The notes beneath the pieces were generated by a model that saw only the letters and a program-made list of their open reading frames with translations, was not told where the DNA came from and did not search any database. The translations under genes were made by a program, and so were the position numbers. This document shows, piece after piece, positions 1 to 11,509 of a stretch of DNA of 64,000 bases. Origin of the DNA: Malacoraja senta (lineage: Eukaryota); contig JAXLNO010000612.1 of assembly GCA_038087875.1 (NCBI GenBank), forward strand, positions 1 through 64,000. The letters are read 5' to 3'. Every line of letters starts with the position of its first letter. The first letter of the stretch is position 1.

Positions 1-254
1 TGACATTCAAAATACAAATGCTCATCTGTGAACCTTGCACCTGAAGATCAAGATTATTGGAACCCTCCCAAGGTGTTTCTGAGTTTGAAGTGTGTGTATC
101 TTTTGTTAAGTAAAACAATCTAATTCATTTTAAATCGTTGCTACTGTACATGATGTTTTGTCAATGTCTTTCCCATTCACAAACATTCAGTGCCTCTGAT
201 CATTTTGACTGCCTGTGGTGGGAGTGGGGCCTCATGAGCTGTCAGAAACATTTA

Positions 255-560
255 GGGCGGCACGGTGGCGCAGCGGTAGAGTTGCTGCCTTACAGTGCTG
301 ACAGCGCCAGAGACCCGGGGTATATCCCGGCTATGGGTGCTAACTGTATGGAGTTTGTACGTTCTCCCCGTAACCATGTGGGTTTTCTCCGAGATCTTTG
401 GTTTCCTCCCACACGCCAAAGACATACAGGTCTGCAGGTTAATTGGCTTGGAATAAGTGTAAATTGTCCCCATTGTGTGTAGGATAGTGTTAACGTGCGT
501 GGATCGTTGTTTGGTGCGGACTCGGTGGGCCGAAGGGCCTGTTTCCGCTAAAACTAAAAC
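255..560 (+). mobile_element. HE1-like tRNA-derived V-SINE
   Basis: Head GGGCGGCACGGTGGCGCAGCGGTAGAG (A box), central GTTCTCCCCGT..GGGTTTTCTCC..TTTCCTCCCAC, 3' GGGCCGAAGGGCCTGTTTCC and TAAAC tail; about ten related copies in the window. Confidence 0.9.
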
Positions 561-594
561 ATATAGAGGGTACAGCAGGTTCAAGCACTGTCAC

Positions 595-738
595 AGCCCC
601 CCCTCCCTTGTGCACTGAGGCAGCCACTCTCGATGCACTGAGACACCCCCCTTTGTTGTAGAGACATTCTCTCCCCCTTATTCCACTGACAACCCTTTTC
701 ATTGTACTAAAACACCCTCCCTCAATGCTCTGAGATCG
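595..738. repeat. degenerate ~23-bp minisatellite (GATGCACTGAGACAC core), left part
   Basis: Recurrent tgcactgag(a/g)ca units; the same motif resumes at ~2805-2920. Confidence 0.55.
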
Positions 739-864
739 AGTCAGGTCAATAGTGTCTAATTATCATTTGTACCATAAATGGAACAGTTAAATTCTTATTG
801 ACAGCAGCAGAACAGGTCAGTAAACACAGTACTCATAGATACAGTTTGTACTTCTATTGTCACA

Positions 865-1104
865 GTGGCCAGTGCAGAGTGTAGAGCCAGTGAGGTCACA
901 TCCCCCATTGATCTATTGTGGCAGAAAACAAATTGCAGTGGGTCCAAGTTCGTGTTAAGATAGGAGTTGATATACACCATAGCCAACCTCTCAAAGTGCT
1001 TCGTCGCCACAGACGTTAGTGCCACAGGTCGGTAGTCACTTACTCTTCTTGGGCACTGGTATTATTGTTGCCCTTTTAAAGCAGGTGGGAACCTCAGACC
1101 TCTG
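865..1104 (-). mobile_element. Rex1/Babar LINE RT fragment (continues at 2711-2770)
   Basis: Translates to EVPTCFKRATIIPVPKKSK..ALTSVATKHFERL..LDPLQFVF.HNRSMGD..SLALHSAL; upstream part KTCADQLTGVFADIFNLS lies at 2711-2770, on the other side of a MITE. Confidence 0.85.
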
Positions 1105-1107
1105 TAA

Positions 1108-2707
1108 AGCCCCTGTCCCACTGTATGAGGTAATTCGCGAGTTCCCCCCAAGTTTTCCCCTGATTCGAACTCGGAGAATGCCGTAGCGGGTCCGAAGGAG
1201 TTCGTGGATGTCTCGTGGATGTCCGAAGGAGTTTGTGGATGATACTGTCGACCACATCATCCTAATTGACCGTCTCCGGTATGGGGTTGGTATTGATGGC
1301 ACTGCCCAGAGCTGGTTCATCTCCTACCTCAAAGGTAGGAGTTTCTCTACTAACATAGGCAACTCTTTCTCCTCCCCAGCCAGTCTCTACTGTGGGGTTC
1401 CACAAGGTTCCATCCTTGGCCCCATTCTCTTCTCCCTGTATATGCTCCCCTTAGGCCAAGTCATTGAAAGGTACGGCATTTCCTTCCATTGCTACGCAGA
1501 CGATACACAACTCTATCTCCCCCTGAAGCCCCAAAACCAATCAAATGTGCTTAACCTTACCCGCTGCCTCGAGGATATAAAGTGTTGGATGGCCCAGAAC
1601 TTCCTCCAACTAAACGAGAGTAAGTCTGAGGTCATCCTTCTCGGCCCCTCGGACTCAATCAAAATGATAGCAGGCAGCCTTGGAAGCCTTACCCCACTAC
1701 TCAAACCTCACGTCAAAAACCTTGGCGTGATATTTGACAGCACTGAAATTTGACAAACAAGTCAATGCCGTGGTAAAAGCTAGCTTCTTTCAGCTTCGGA
1801 CGATAGCTAAAATAAAACAATTCCTCCAATTTGATGACCTCGAAAAGATCATCCACACATTTATCTCCTCCCGCCTAGATTACTGCAACTCCCTTTACAC
1901 TGGCATCAGCCAATCTTCCCTGTCCCGCCTGCAACTGGTCCAAAACGCCGCAGCGAGACTCCTGACTTGCACCCGAAAAAGGGACCACATCACCCCGATC
2001 CTGGCCTCTCTCCACTGGCTCCCTGTGCGGTTCCGAATAAATTTAAAGATCCTCCTTCATGTCTACAAAGCCCTCAATGGGCTCGCCCCACCTACATCAA
2101 AAGTCTGCTCACCCACCACACCACCTCCAGGTCCCTCAGATCGGCCGACTTGGGGTTGCTGAATATCCCGCGGTCTAGGCTTAAGCTCAGGGGCGACCGC
2201 GCCTTTCCGGTTGCAGCTCCTAGACTGTGGAACAGCATCCCCCTTCCCATCAGAACTGCCCCCTTCCATCGACTCCTTTAAGTCGAGACTAAAAACCCAT
2301 CTATACTCCCAAGCCTTTCTTGATGTCCTCTGAGCGAGGGCTATATGTATATATGTATGTAGTTTGTTTGTTTATACTATTCTTATACAAATGTAAAGCA
2401 CTTTGGCCAACGAGAGTTGTTTTTTAAATGTGCTATATAAATAAATGTGACTTGACTTGACTTGACTCCTAGCGGTTCGTAATGCTAACAGGACATCCGG
2501 TAAACTCGTGACATTTTTTCATCCATGTAAAAATTGTCCACGAGTAAAAAAATACTTGTGATGAAAAAAATGGTTAATTTCTACTCGTACAAGCCGCTAC
2601 GAGACATCCACCAACTCCTAGGGACCCGCTACGGACATTCTCCAATTTCGAATCAGGGGAAAACTCAGGAGAACTCGTGAATTACCTCGTACAGTAGAAC
2701 AGGGGCT
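1108..2707. mobile_element. PIF/Harbinger-type MITE with ~105-bp TIRs, interrupted by an L2 fragment
   Basis: Ends AGCCCCTGTCCCACTGTATGAGGTAATTC / GAATTACCTCGTACAGTAGAACAGGGGCT; flanks TAA (1105-1107) and TTA (2708-2710); removing the element plus one 3-bp site restores the Rex/Babar frame (NLSLQRSEVP). Confidence 0.85.
1241..2467 (+). mobile_element. 5'-truncated L2-clade LINE (RT C-terminal half and 3' UTR)
   Basis: GVPQGSILGPILFSLYM, HCYADDTQLY, SRLDYCNSL, LQLVQNAAARLL, DHITPILASLHWLPV; frameshifts near 1745 and 2090; tail AATAAAT(GACTT)n. Confidence 0.92.
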
Positions 2708-2959
2708 TTATGAGAGGTTGAAGATGTCTGCAAAAACACCAGTCAGTTGGTCTGCGCAGGTTTTTGACATCCCCCTCTTGTTGGATTGAGTCAGCCTCCA
2801 TGTCCTTTATGCACTGAGACACTTCCCTCCCTTGATGCTCAGGCAGTCTCCGCACTTGATGCACTGAGACAGTTCCACCACTTGATGCTCTGAGACACCA
2901 GGCACATTGATGCAGTGATAAAGGCCAACTTTGATGCGCACAGCCTTGTTGAAGAGCAA

Positions 2960-3244
2960 GGGCTGGCACATTGGAGCAATGGTTGAGTTCCTGCCTTACA
3001 GCGTCAGAGACCCACAATCGATCGGTACTGGTGCTGGTTGTATGGAGTTTGTAAGCTCTCCCTGTGATTGCGAGAGTTTTCTAAGGGTGCTCCGGTTTTC
3101 TCCCACATACCAAAGACGTACAGGTTTGTAGGTTAATTGGCTTGAATTGTAAATTGTCCCTAGTGTGTAGGATAGTGCTAGTGTACGGGGTGTTCGCTGG
3201 TTGGCATGGATTAGCTGGGTCAAAAGGCCACGTTTCATCTCTAA
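2960..3244 (+). mobile_element. HE1-like SINE (diverged)
   Basis: Same head, core and tail as 255-560. Confidence 0.85.
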
Positions 3245-3388
3245 TGACTATAGACCAGGTTCCCAGTGCAAGACAATGCTGAGGGTCAGGCCACATCAAA
3301 CCACATGACCCAGGCACACATCAAGAGTGGTTTAGAGGCAATGGGAGATCTACTCTTTGTGATGGAGGTCCAGTTTTACTTGAAACAT

Positions 3389-3555
3389 TTAAAATCCAAA
3401 TAAATTGCCCTGATCCGATAAATGTATCCATCCAAAAAATTGGACTACCACTGTCAGAGGGCTAATAGTATCTCTAATTCTCATAGTATCCCTAGTTGCA
3501 CAAGTTGAGGATGGTGTAAAATCAAATGCCCTCCTAGATGACGGAGGTTGAATAT
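3389..3555 (-). CDS. candidate terminal coding exon of an unidentified minus-strand gene
   Basis: Acceptor cactgcagcttcttctcAG; phase 1; (D)IQPPSSRRAFDFTPSSTCATRDTMRIRDTISPLTVVVQFFGWIHLSDQGNLFGF*; non-repetitive sequence; phase matches the 26514 donor; no homology recognised. Confidence 0.3.
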
Positions 3556-3674
3556 CTGAGAAGAAGCTGCAGTGAATTGCTGCAATGTGCATAGATGAAG
3601 TATGATTCTGTCAGTGGTGATGACACAGGTCTTTAAGTTCCATTTGCTTGGACCGTTCCGTCACTTTACTCTAA

Positions 3675-4256
3675 AGGAGCTGTCCCACTTGGGCGACCTA
3701 ATTGGCGAGTTTAGAAGAGTTTACGAGAGTTTGAAAAAATGTCATGTTGAAGACCTCCTTCGACTATATAGAAGACCTCCTTCGACCTCCTTCGACTATG
3801 TTGAAGACTAGCTTCGACTTGCTACGACTAACTTCGGGAAAATTGGACACCGAATAGTGGAGAGTGAAGATGACCTCCTTCGATCTCCTTCGACCTCCTT
3901 TCGACCTCCCTTCGACTATGATGAAGACTATCTACGACTACCTTCGACTACCCTTGATTACCTATGACTAACATGCCGAACTACTAAGACCTACTACGAC
4001 CTACTACGACTAAACCTACGAGTAAAAAAAGTATCGATTTTTTCCATGGCGACTTTTTTTAACTCGCGGGCATTTTTCAACATGTTGAAAATTACGCCGC
4101 GACGTAGCTGAGGCCTCGAGTACACGGGGACTACTCTCGAGCATGAAGGAGAGTTACAAAGACGTCCTACGACCTTGTGTCGACCATGCTGCGAGTATGA
4201 GTCGAGGGCAAACTCGCCAGAACTCGCGGATTAGGTCGCCGCAGTGGGACTGCCCC
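3675..4256. mobile_element. Harbinger-type MITE with internal (CTTCGAC/CTACGAC)n repeats
   Basis: Ends AGGAGCTGTCCCACTTGGGCGACCTAAT / ATTAGGTCGCCGCAGTGGGACTGCCCC; TAA on both sides; central palindrome TTTTCAACATGTTGAAAA at 4074-4091. Confidence 0.85.
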
Positions 4257-4259
4257 TAA

Positions 4260-4894
4260 AAGCCCTGTCCCATGGGCAGGCGGTTACTGGCGGTTACTGG
4301 TGGTGTTGGGATCGCACGTGGACCGCCAGAGACCGCGCATGGCCCGCGGGGTCGGTCCCACGCAGATCGCCGGAACCGTATGTAGTTGGTCCCGACACCG
4401 CGCGGTGCTCAGAAAAACTGACACTGTCCAAAAATGTCAGCCTGCCACCCAGCCGCCCAGCCGCCGCCTCTTCACCGCGAGCACCGCCTGTACGCCGCGA
4501 GCACCGCATGTACTCCGTGAGCACCGCCTGTACGCCGCGAGCCGTCTCGACGTCATCGCGTAGCGCCTTGCGTTGCGTGATGACGTAATCGCGTAGCGCA
4601 TTGCGTTGCGCGATGACGTCATCACCCGACGCCGCGTGACGTCCATTCCAGTCGGCCCGTGGGACAGGCCATGCGGTGACCACCTGGCATACGCACGGCA
4701 TCCGGTAAGGACGCCGCGCGTATAGGTAAGGTTGAACAGCTTCCGGTAAGGTTGAACTTACCGCATGCTCGTGGGACGCATCGGCGCGGCGCTCCCACGG
4801 CATATGCGTGGCGCTCCCGCGGTAGCCGTGCGGTTCCCGCTTCCGGGGACACGCGCTTCACCGCCAGTAACCGCCTGCCCGTGGGACAGAGCCT
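4260..4894. mobile_element. very GC/CpG-rich Harbinger-type MITE
   Basis: Ends AAGCCCTGTCCCATGGGCAGGCGGTTACTGGCGGT / ACCGCCAGTAACCGCCTGCCCGTGGGACAGAGCCT (~35-bp TIR); TAA/TTA flanks; abuts the previous MITE. Confidence 0.85.
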
Positions 4895-5190
4895 TTAAGG
4901 TTCAGGCGAAGAGGGAACAATTTGCCTGCTATTTATGAGCAAACCATATTGTGCAATTCTTCATTTCAGGTCGATAAACTTTCATTGGGATAGTTCTCTC
5001 TCCATAGATGCTGCCTGATCTTCTGAGTATCTCTGGTATTGTCTGATGTTGTTTTCAGTTTTCAAACATCCTCAGAACAAAACTCCATTATCCGCCACCC
5101 TTGGAATTTGGTAGTGCTTGTAGAGATGGCAAAGACTTTTCCAAATGGATATGGGATATTCCAGCAAGACTTTACACTATGCCACATCAA

Positions 5191-5950
5191 AGGGCGTCAT
5201 GGTGGCACAGCGGTAGAGTTGCTGCCTTACAGCGCCAGAGACCCAGGTTCGATCCTGACTGTGGGTGCTGTCTCTACGCAGTTTGAACGTTCTCTCGGTG
5301 ACCTGCGTGGGTTTTCTCCGGGAGCTCCGGTTTCCTCCCGGGATGGCGGGACTGTCATATGCTGAGAGAATGGAGCGGCTGGGCGTATACTCTGGAGTTT
5401 AGAAGGATGAGAGGGCATCTTAATGAAACATATAAGATTATTAAGTGTTTGGACATGCAAGAGGCAGGAAACATGTTCCCGATGTTGAGGGAGTCCAGAA
5501 CCAGGGGCCACAGTTTAAGGGTAAGGCATTTAGAATGAAGATGAGGAAACATTTTTTCACACAGAGAGTTGTGAGTACGTGGAGTTCTCTGCCTCAGAGG
5601 GCAGTGGAGGCCAGTTCTCTGGATACTTTCAAGAGGGAGCTAGACAGAGCTCTTAAAGATAGCGGAATCAGGGGATATGGGAAGACAGGAACGGGGTACT
5701 GATTGTGGTGATCAGCCATGATCACATTGAATGGCAGTGCTGGGTCGAAGGGCCGAATAGCCTACTCCTGCACCTATTGTCTATTGTCTATTGTCACAAG
5801 CTAAAGACGTTCAAGTTTGTAGGTTAATGGCTTGGTAAAATTATAAATTGTCCCTGGTGTGTGTAGGATAGTGTTAATGTGTGGGGATTGACGATCGACT
5901 CGGACTCGGTAGGCCGAAGGGCCTGTTTTCATGATGTATCTCTAAACCAA
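5191..5950 (+). mobile_element. HE1-like SINE interrupted by a CR1 3' fragment
   Basis: Head with B box GGTTCGATCC at ~5246; core breaks at TTTCCTCCC (~5339) and resumes at ~5796. Confidence 0.88.
5338..5795 (+). mobile_element. CR1/HER1-like LINE 3' fragment
   Basis: LEFRRMRGHLNETYKI, FFTQRVV..W.SLPQ.AVEA; 3' UTR CAGCCATGATCACATTGAATGG; (CTATTGT)n tail. Confidence 0.9.
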
Positions 5951-6640
5951 GCAAAAGATGGTGATCCAATTGTTTCCAGCAGAAGGAGAGTTCATGTGTT
6001 GGACTGGCCTGGTATCTGAATCTGATTGAGAATTTGTGCTGCATTATCAAGGAGAGACTGAAGGGAAAGCACTGTACCATGGGACAGAGACTTTTCAAGG
6101 CCATAATTCAGCTCTGGTATCGACATGAAAAATATCCCCAGAAACTGTCGGAATCTGGTCTATTCTGTGCCAAATTGTGTCAAAGACTTGATAAAGATCC
6201 ATGGTGGACAAATAATGTGTTAAGAACATAATGGTACGGTGATAACGAATAATAGGTAGCCTGTGACATGTATATGACTTGTTATATCCAAGAGTATGCT
6301 TGATTCAATTAATTTGCACAAGGATGGTACTGGATTTTATTGTTATTAATATTCCAACACTTCTTTAGTTCACTTTTTTTTACATGTTGCACAATAGTAC
6401 ATAAAATGTTCCAGTGAACCAGTTGAGTTTAAATTGACCAGAAGGATAAAAAATACTCTGCACCCTGGTTCCAACTGCAGACCCACCCATGCTCCTGACC
6501 CCTGGTGTACCTGACTTTAGTTCTGACAGCTCTCCAGACCCTGGCTTTAACTGCACAACCTACCTGTACTCAGGACAAGAGCCAGATACCAAACCATCAG
6601 CATTTCCGAAAAATCAGATGCTGGTTTATCGATGTTTGAC

Positions 6641-6952
6641 TTTAGATCTTACACTTTAGGGATACAATACAGAAACGTGCCCTTTGGCCCACCAAGTCTG
6701 CCGACCAGCGATTACTCTATACATAAGCACTATCCTACACACTAGGGACAATTTACAATTTTCTGGATGCCATTTAACCTACAAACCTGTACATCTTTGG
6801 AGTGTGGGAGGAAACCACAGCACCTGGAGAAACCCCACACGGTCACAGAGAGAATGAACAATCTCCATCCAGACAGCATCCGTGGTCAGGATCGAACCTG
6901 GGTCTCTTGCATTGTAAGGCAGTAGCTCTGCCGCTGCGCCACTGTGCCGCCC
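6641..6952 (-). mobile_element. HE1-like SINE
   Basis: Reverse complement of the SINE consensus, ending ..CTGCGCCACTGTGCCGCCC. Confidence 0.88.
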
Positions 6953-8272
6953 AATACTTTTCCATTATCTCGGCGCAAAATGTCACATCCATGAATAGAT
7001 GCTGCCGTTATGGTTGTGCTGAACAGCCTGGTAGAGAAACAGGTAGATCTCAGCACAGCAGTTAAAATGTGGTTGGGGTCCATGGGGTTTGACTGTATTA
7101 ACTTTGGCACAAATCTGAATCTCTATTTAAAGTCTAAGAAATGCACATTACCAGTAGGAAGAAACCATTGCCAAAACGTGCATGATTAAAATACCTAAAC
7201 CATCAAAAGTACAATTAATGGAGCAGGGGTGGAATATAAATCATTAGAGCTCTGATAAAGAGTAGTGATGGTGTTTTTAATTGCCTGTGAAGGCAGGTAA
7301 GGTTAAATGCCTGTTAATCTAAGGTGGTAGAGTTGTGCAGCGCAGAAATTGGCCCTTTGGCCGAACAATCCACGCCAACCTTTTTGCCCACCAAATTATC
7401 ATTAAATTTGATAGTTCAATTAGTCTGCTGAAGAGCAAAGGCTGCTCAAGGATACACAGAGCTTGGAACAATGTCACCATTGGAAGCAATTTGCTGATGG
7501 CAGTAATTTCCACCTTGAAATGGCTTGTCAGTGCTTGCGTGCAGTAACCTTGCAACAATAAATTAACAAGACTGCAGGTATTATTCATTGACTAAAACAG
7601 AGACCGGCACTCAGTTTAGGCATCCTACCAACCAGCTCTGTCACATATGATCTAAAGCGTATAATGAAAACACGTTTCTCTTCTGCCACATTTTAATCTA
7701 ATAATTTCCATGTGCCTGGGTGGAATGCAGCTCCAACAACTCACAAGAAAGTCAATTCCTTCCAAAACAGAGCAGTTCCCTTGATTTGTACCCCATTCCC
7801 CACTGTGTGTTTGTCCATCATCAACACACGGTATTTAGCTTCTGCAAAATGCATTGGAATAATTGCAACAAGCCACTCCAAAAGCATCTCCTAAGCACAG
7901 GACTCCTCGTACCAAGGAAGACAAAGGCAGCATTTGAACTAGGGTGTCATGTTTGCTACTTTCCAGACCTCATCTCCCTCTGGAGAATATGAAAAGATAA
8001 TGCCAAACCCTTCTCTGGTAACTAGAGAATCGATTTTTCCTCTGCACCTTAGAATCCATCTGATCTGGACTGGGTGACGAGTTCGCTTTGGACATACCAA
8101 GCCTATCTAAAACCAAGCCATCCCACCATTTTCACCCATTCATTATTCTTTCTGCCTTATCATCCAGCAAGGTTTTCATGGATTCTCTTCCATTTAATTT
8201 TCCAGACATGCTCTCAGTCTCAACACAAAGAGGTCCCTAATTGGATCCACCCTTCCTATTTGCGACTGCTTA

Positions 8273-8928
8273 AGGGCCTGTCCCAATTAGGCGATTTTTT
8301 TCGGCGACTACAGGCGACTAGGCTGTCGCCACATGGTCGCAGTGTGAAGCCTGCATGGTCGAGAGTTGTCTCCTCAAGTCACCAAAAGAGTTGTAACTTT
8401 TTTCTTGTCGCCGCTGGATTTTGGAATGTTCAAAACTTTTCGGCAACTGTGGGCTTGACGTAGCTTGACTTCTCCTGTCGTAAGTGCTGTCGTAGGTTGT
8501 CGCCAGGATGACACAGGTTGTCGCCAGGTAGGTTGACGCTGGATGCTGACTTTGGTGAATTCCATAGGCGACTCCCTACGTCAACCTACGTCAACCGGCG
8601 ACAGGTACCGGCAACTGAATTGTCTACAGTTGTCTTCAGTTGTCGACGACAGGGTCGTTCCTTGTCGCGGGTGTACGTAGGTTGACTTCGGTTGTCGTAG
8701 GTTGTCGCCTGTGTGGTCGTAGGTTGTCGTAGGTGTGGTCGTAGGTGGACGTCCTAATGGGTCACCGGTTGTCAGTAGCTTGCCGTAGCTTGACGTCGAC
8801 TAGGTGGTAGGTTGTCATAGACATTGTCTAAGGGGGTTCCAGTCACCGGTATTTTGGTGACCTGCTACCTGCATTTGGTGAATGTCGCCGACAGTCGCCG
8901 AAAAAATCGCCTAAGTGGGACAAGCCTT
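8273..8928. mobile_element. Harbinger-type MITE with (GTCGTAGGTT)n interior
   Basis: Ends AGGGCCTGTCCCAATTAGGCGATTTTTT / AAAAAATCGCCTAAGTGGGACAAGCCTT; TTA at 8270-8272 and 8929-8931. Confidence 0.9.
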
Positions 8929-8967
8929 TTACTGTTAACTGGGCTGATCCCTTGCCAAGGGTCATCC

Positions 8968-9065
8968 AGAAAAAGGAGAGGGGGAGGGAGAGTAAGAGGA
9001 AGAGGAAGTGGAAGAAGAAAAAGAATAGGAAGAGGGAGGAAGAAAAGAATAAAGGATGAAGAAGA
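8968..9065. repeat. purine-rich (GAA/GGA) low-complexity tract
   Basis: Almost exclusively A/G. Confidence 0.8.
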
Positions 9066-9289
9066 TTATTTCCTGACACAGCAGGATGACAGGAGGCCCT
9101 TTCTGAACATGTCGCCAAATATTATCTAATTGCCCACATAATCCTGAACACATTCTTTTGGGAGTGTTATGGCCACTAATCTATATTTAGCCATTTGGGG
9201 AAAATGGGGTAGCATATCCCACACCATTTATCACCAGATGACATGGGGCTGTAGAATAGGTTCAGGTAGTACGGCCACTCTTAACTTCT

Positions 9290-9606
9290 ACGGTGGCGCA
9301 GCGGTAGAGTTGCTGCCTTACAGCGCTTGCAGCGCTGAACACCTGGGTTTGATCCCAAAGATACGGATGCTGTCTGTAAGGAGTTTGTATGTTCTCCCCG
9401 TGACCGCGCGGGTTTTCTCCGATATCTTCGGTTTCCTCCCACATTCCAAAGACGTACAGGTATGTAGGTTAATTGGCTTGGTGTATGAGTACATTGTCCC
9501 CAGTGTGTGTAGGATAGCGTTAATGTGCAGGGATCACTGGTGGGTGCGGACTCGGTGGGCCGAAGTGCTTGTGTCCGCGCTGTATCACAAAAACAAGCTA
9601 AACGCT
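9290..9606 (+). mobile_element. HE1-like SINE
   Basis: CGGTGGCGCAGCGGTAGAGTTGCTGCCTTACAG head plus core and tail. Confidence 0.88.
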
Positions 9607-10740
9607 AATTGATTTACATGCAGAAGCTATTGGAAAGTTACGTTCTTTCCTGCAGAAAAGTGTTTAGGGAGTGGCTACAAGATTGGATATGACAAGTGGC
9701 CAGCTTCTGCTCATGGACTGAGCTAAATGAACCAAGAAATGTGGAACATTATTTATTGCTTCAAAGGCTTAATCTGTGAGGTTTCATCAATCCGATTGAG
9801 TACATGACAACACTGGCCTTCAGCAAAGAGGAACCATCACCTCATTATTCCTTTAGCTCCACTAAGGATATTTTAATACTTTGATCAAGTGCATGTATTA
9901 AATATCTTTGAGGACACTGCCCTTGATAGATGTGCTTTAACATGCAGTTTCCAGAAACAATGTGATTGCCAATAAGTCAGATCATTGAATTTTTTTTTAA
10001 GTTGCTTGATTTCCACACAACTTTTATCACAATTATCAACTTATTTGGTTAATTGGCGAACATCTGCTGTGACCACTGTTGCTGCACTGATCAGCTCTAT
10101 TGTGAGCTGGAAAAAGGGCAAACAGTTTGCATTTCTGAAATAGATTTTGCATTGCTGGAATCAATTTTGGGAACTATACGGAACTACTGAAATCAGTATC
10201 AAAAAAAAAAAAAAAAAAAAAAAAGAACTTATGTTCATCGGGGTTCAAAAACAACCATCTCTGCAAGCCTGCCAGTACTGTTCCATCACTTACATTGGAG
10301 CCAATCTGCATAATCACATAACAAAGCTGGAAGACAAGACAGCTTTGGAAGAAAAGCAATTACAGTGGACCATCTGGCATTGAACTTACAGTATCATAAT
10401 CATTCCACGATGGCATGTTGTAAAATGAATGTGACCTACAGAGAGCCAGAGAAACTGTGTGATAAGAGATTTCCTGATGAGTGCATTAACAGTTTACCAT
10501 CCAAGATATAGTTAGCGTTGCTACTTGTGATGAATATGGAGTCTGCATTGACTGTTGCTTCACCTCTCAATATCCACACTGTGATTGACCACCATTGTTT
10601 AATGATTAATCAGCAATGCTTCAGATCCTGGGTTAGGACCTATGTCTCTCGAGTGTGATTTGAAATAAGTGTGCATCTTCCTATCACCAAGCACATTGTA
10701 GACATCTCCATCATTATTCTCTTCAAAGCGACACCATTCT

Positions 10741-11135
10741 CTATTCCTTGGAGTGCAGGAGGATGAGGGGTGATCTTATAGATCTTATAGAGGTGTATGA
10801 GATGAATAGATTGGGTAGATGCACAGAATCTCTTGCCCAGAGTAGGGGAATCGAGGACCAGAGGACCTAGGTTTAAGGTGAAGGGGAAAAGATTTAATAG
10901 GAATCTGAGGGGTAACTTTTTCACAGAAAGGGTGGTGGGTGTATGGAACAAGCTGCCAGAGGAGGTAGTTGAGGCTGGGACTATCCCAATGTTTAAGAAA
11001 CAGTTAGAAAGGTACATGGATAGGACAGATTTGGAGGAATATGGACCAAGCGCAGGCAGCTGGGACTAGTGTAGCTGGGACATTGTTGGTCGTGTGGGCG
11101 GTGAAGGGCCTGTTTCCACACTGGTATCACGCTAT
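10741..11135 (+). mobile_element. CR1 LINE 3' fragment
   Basis: SLECRRMRGDL; RTRGPRFKVKGKRFNRNLRGNFFTERVVGVWNKLPEEVVEA. Confidence 0.88.
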
Positions 11136-11509
11136 GGAAAATTAGTTTCTGTTGTAAGAAGGAGAAAGGAAGGTGCCTTGGCAGCGATTTTTCAGAGATT
11201 TCTGATGTTCTTCTAGGATATGTGTGCCTTTATTGACTGAAGGAAGCATAAAAGCTCCAAATGGGCCAGCTTTATACAATGCATTAATTCATGTCTGATG
11301 GATTCAAGTCATTCATTGACACCTAATACACCATTGTATTTTTTAATGTTAAGGGAAAAAAAATCTCACTTCATAATCAATAATGTTGAGTTTATTGTCA
11401 CGTGTACCGAGGTACAGTGAAAAGCTTTTGTTGCATGCTAACTCGTCAGCGGAAAGGCAGTACATGATTACAATTGAGCCATCCACAGTGTACAAATACA
11501 TAAGGTCAT

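Larger units (their letters stand above)
5110..6330 (+). pseudogene. Tc1/mariner transposase fossil (C-terminal catalytic region) split by a SINE
   Basis: FPNGYGIFQQD..CH at 5130-5187; after the SINE, VLDWPG..LNLIENL..IIKERL and LV.SVP..VKDLIKIHGG, matching Tc1 FQQDxAPxH / WPxxSPDLNPIENLW motifs; frameshifted. Confidence 0.7.

Noticed and set aside
255..335. tRNA-like sequence
   Set aside because: SINE head with no complete cloverleaf; followed by the SINE core and tail
3730..4020. Short CTTCGAC/CTACGAC repeats superficially like a CRISPR array
   Set aside because: No constant repeat with unique spacers, no cas genes, eukaryotic MITE interior
4244..4861. Several overlapping ORFs up to 169 aa
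   Set aside because: Stop-poor by-product of a GC-rich repetitive MITE; no protein motifs
8824..9129. Basic Arg/Gly-rich ORF
   Set aside because: MITE end plus a purine-rich low-complexity tract
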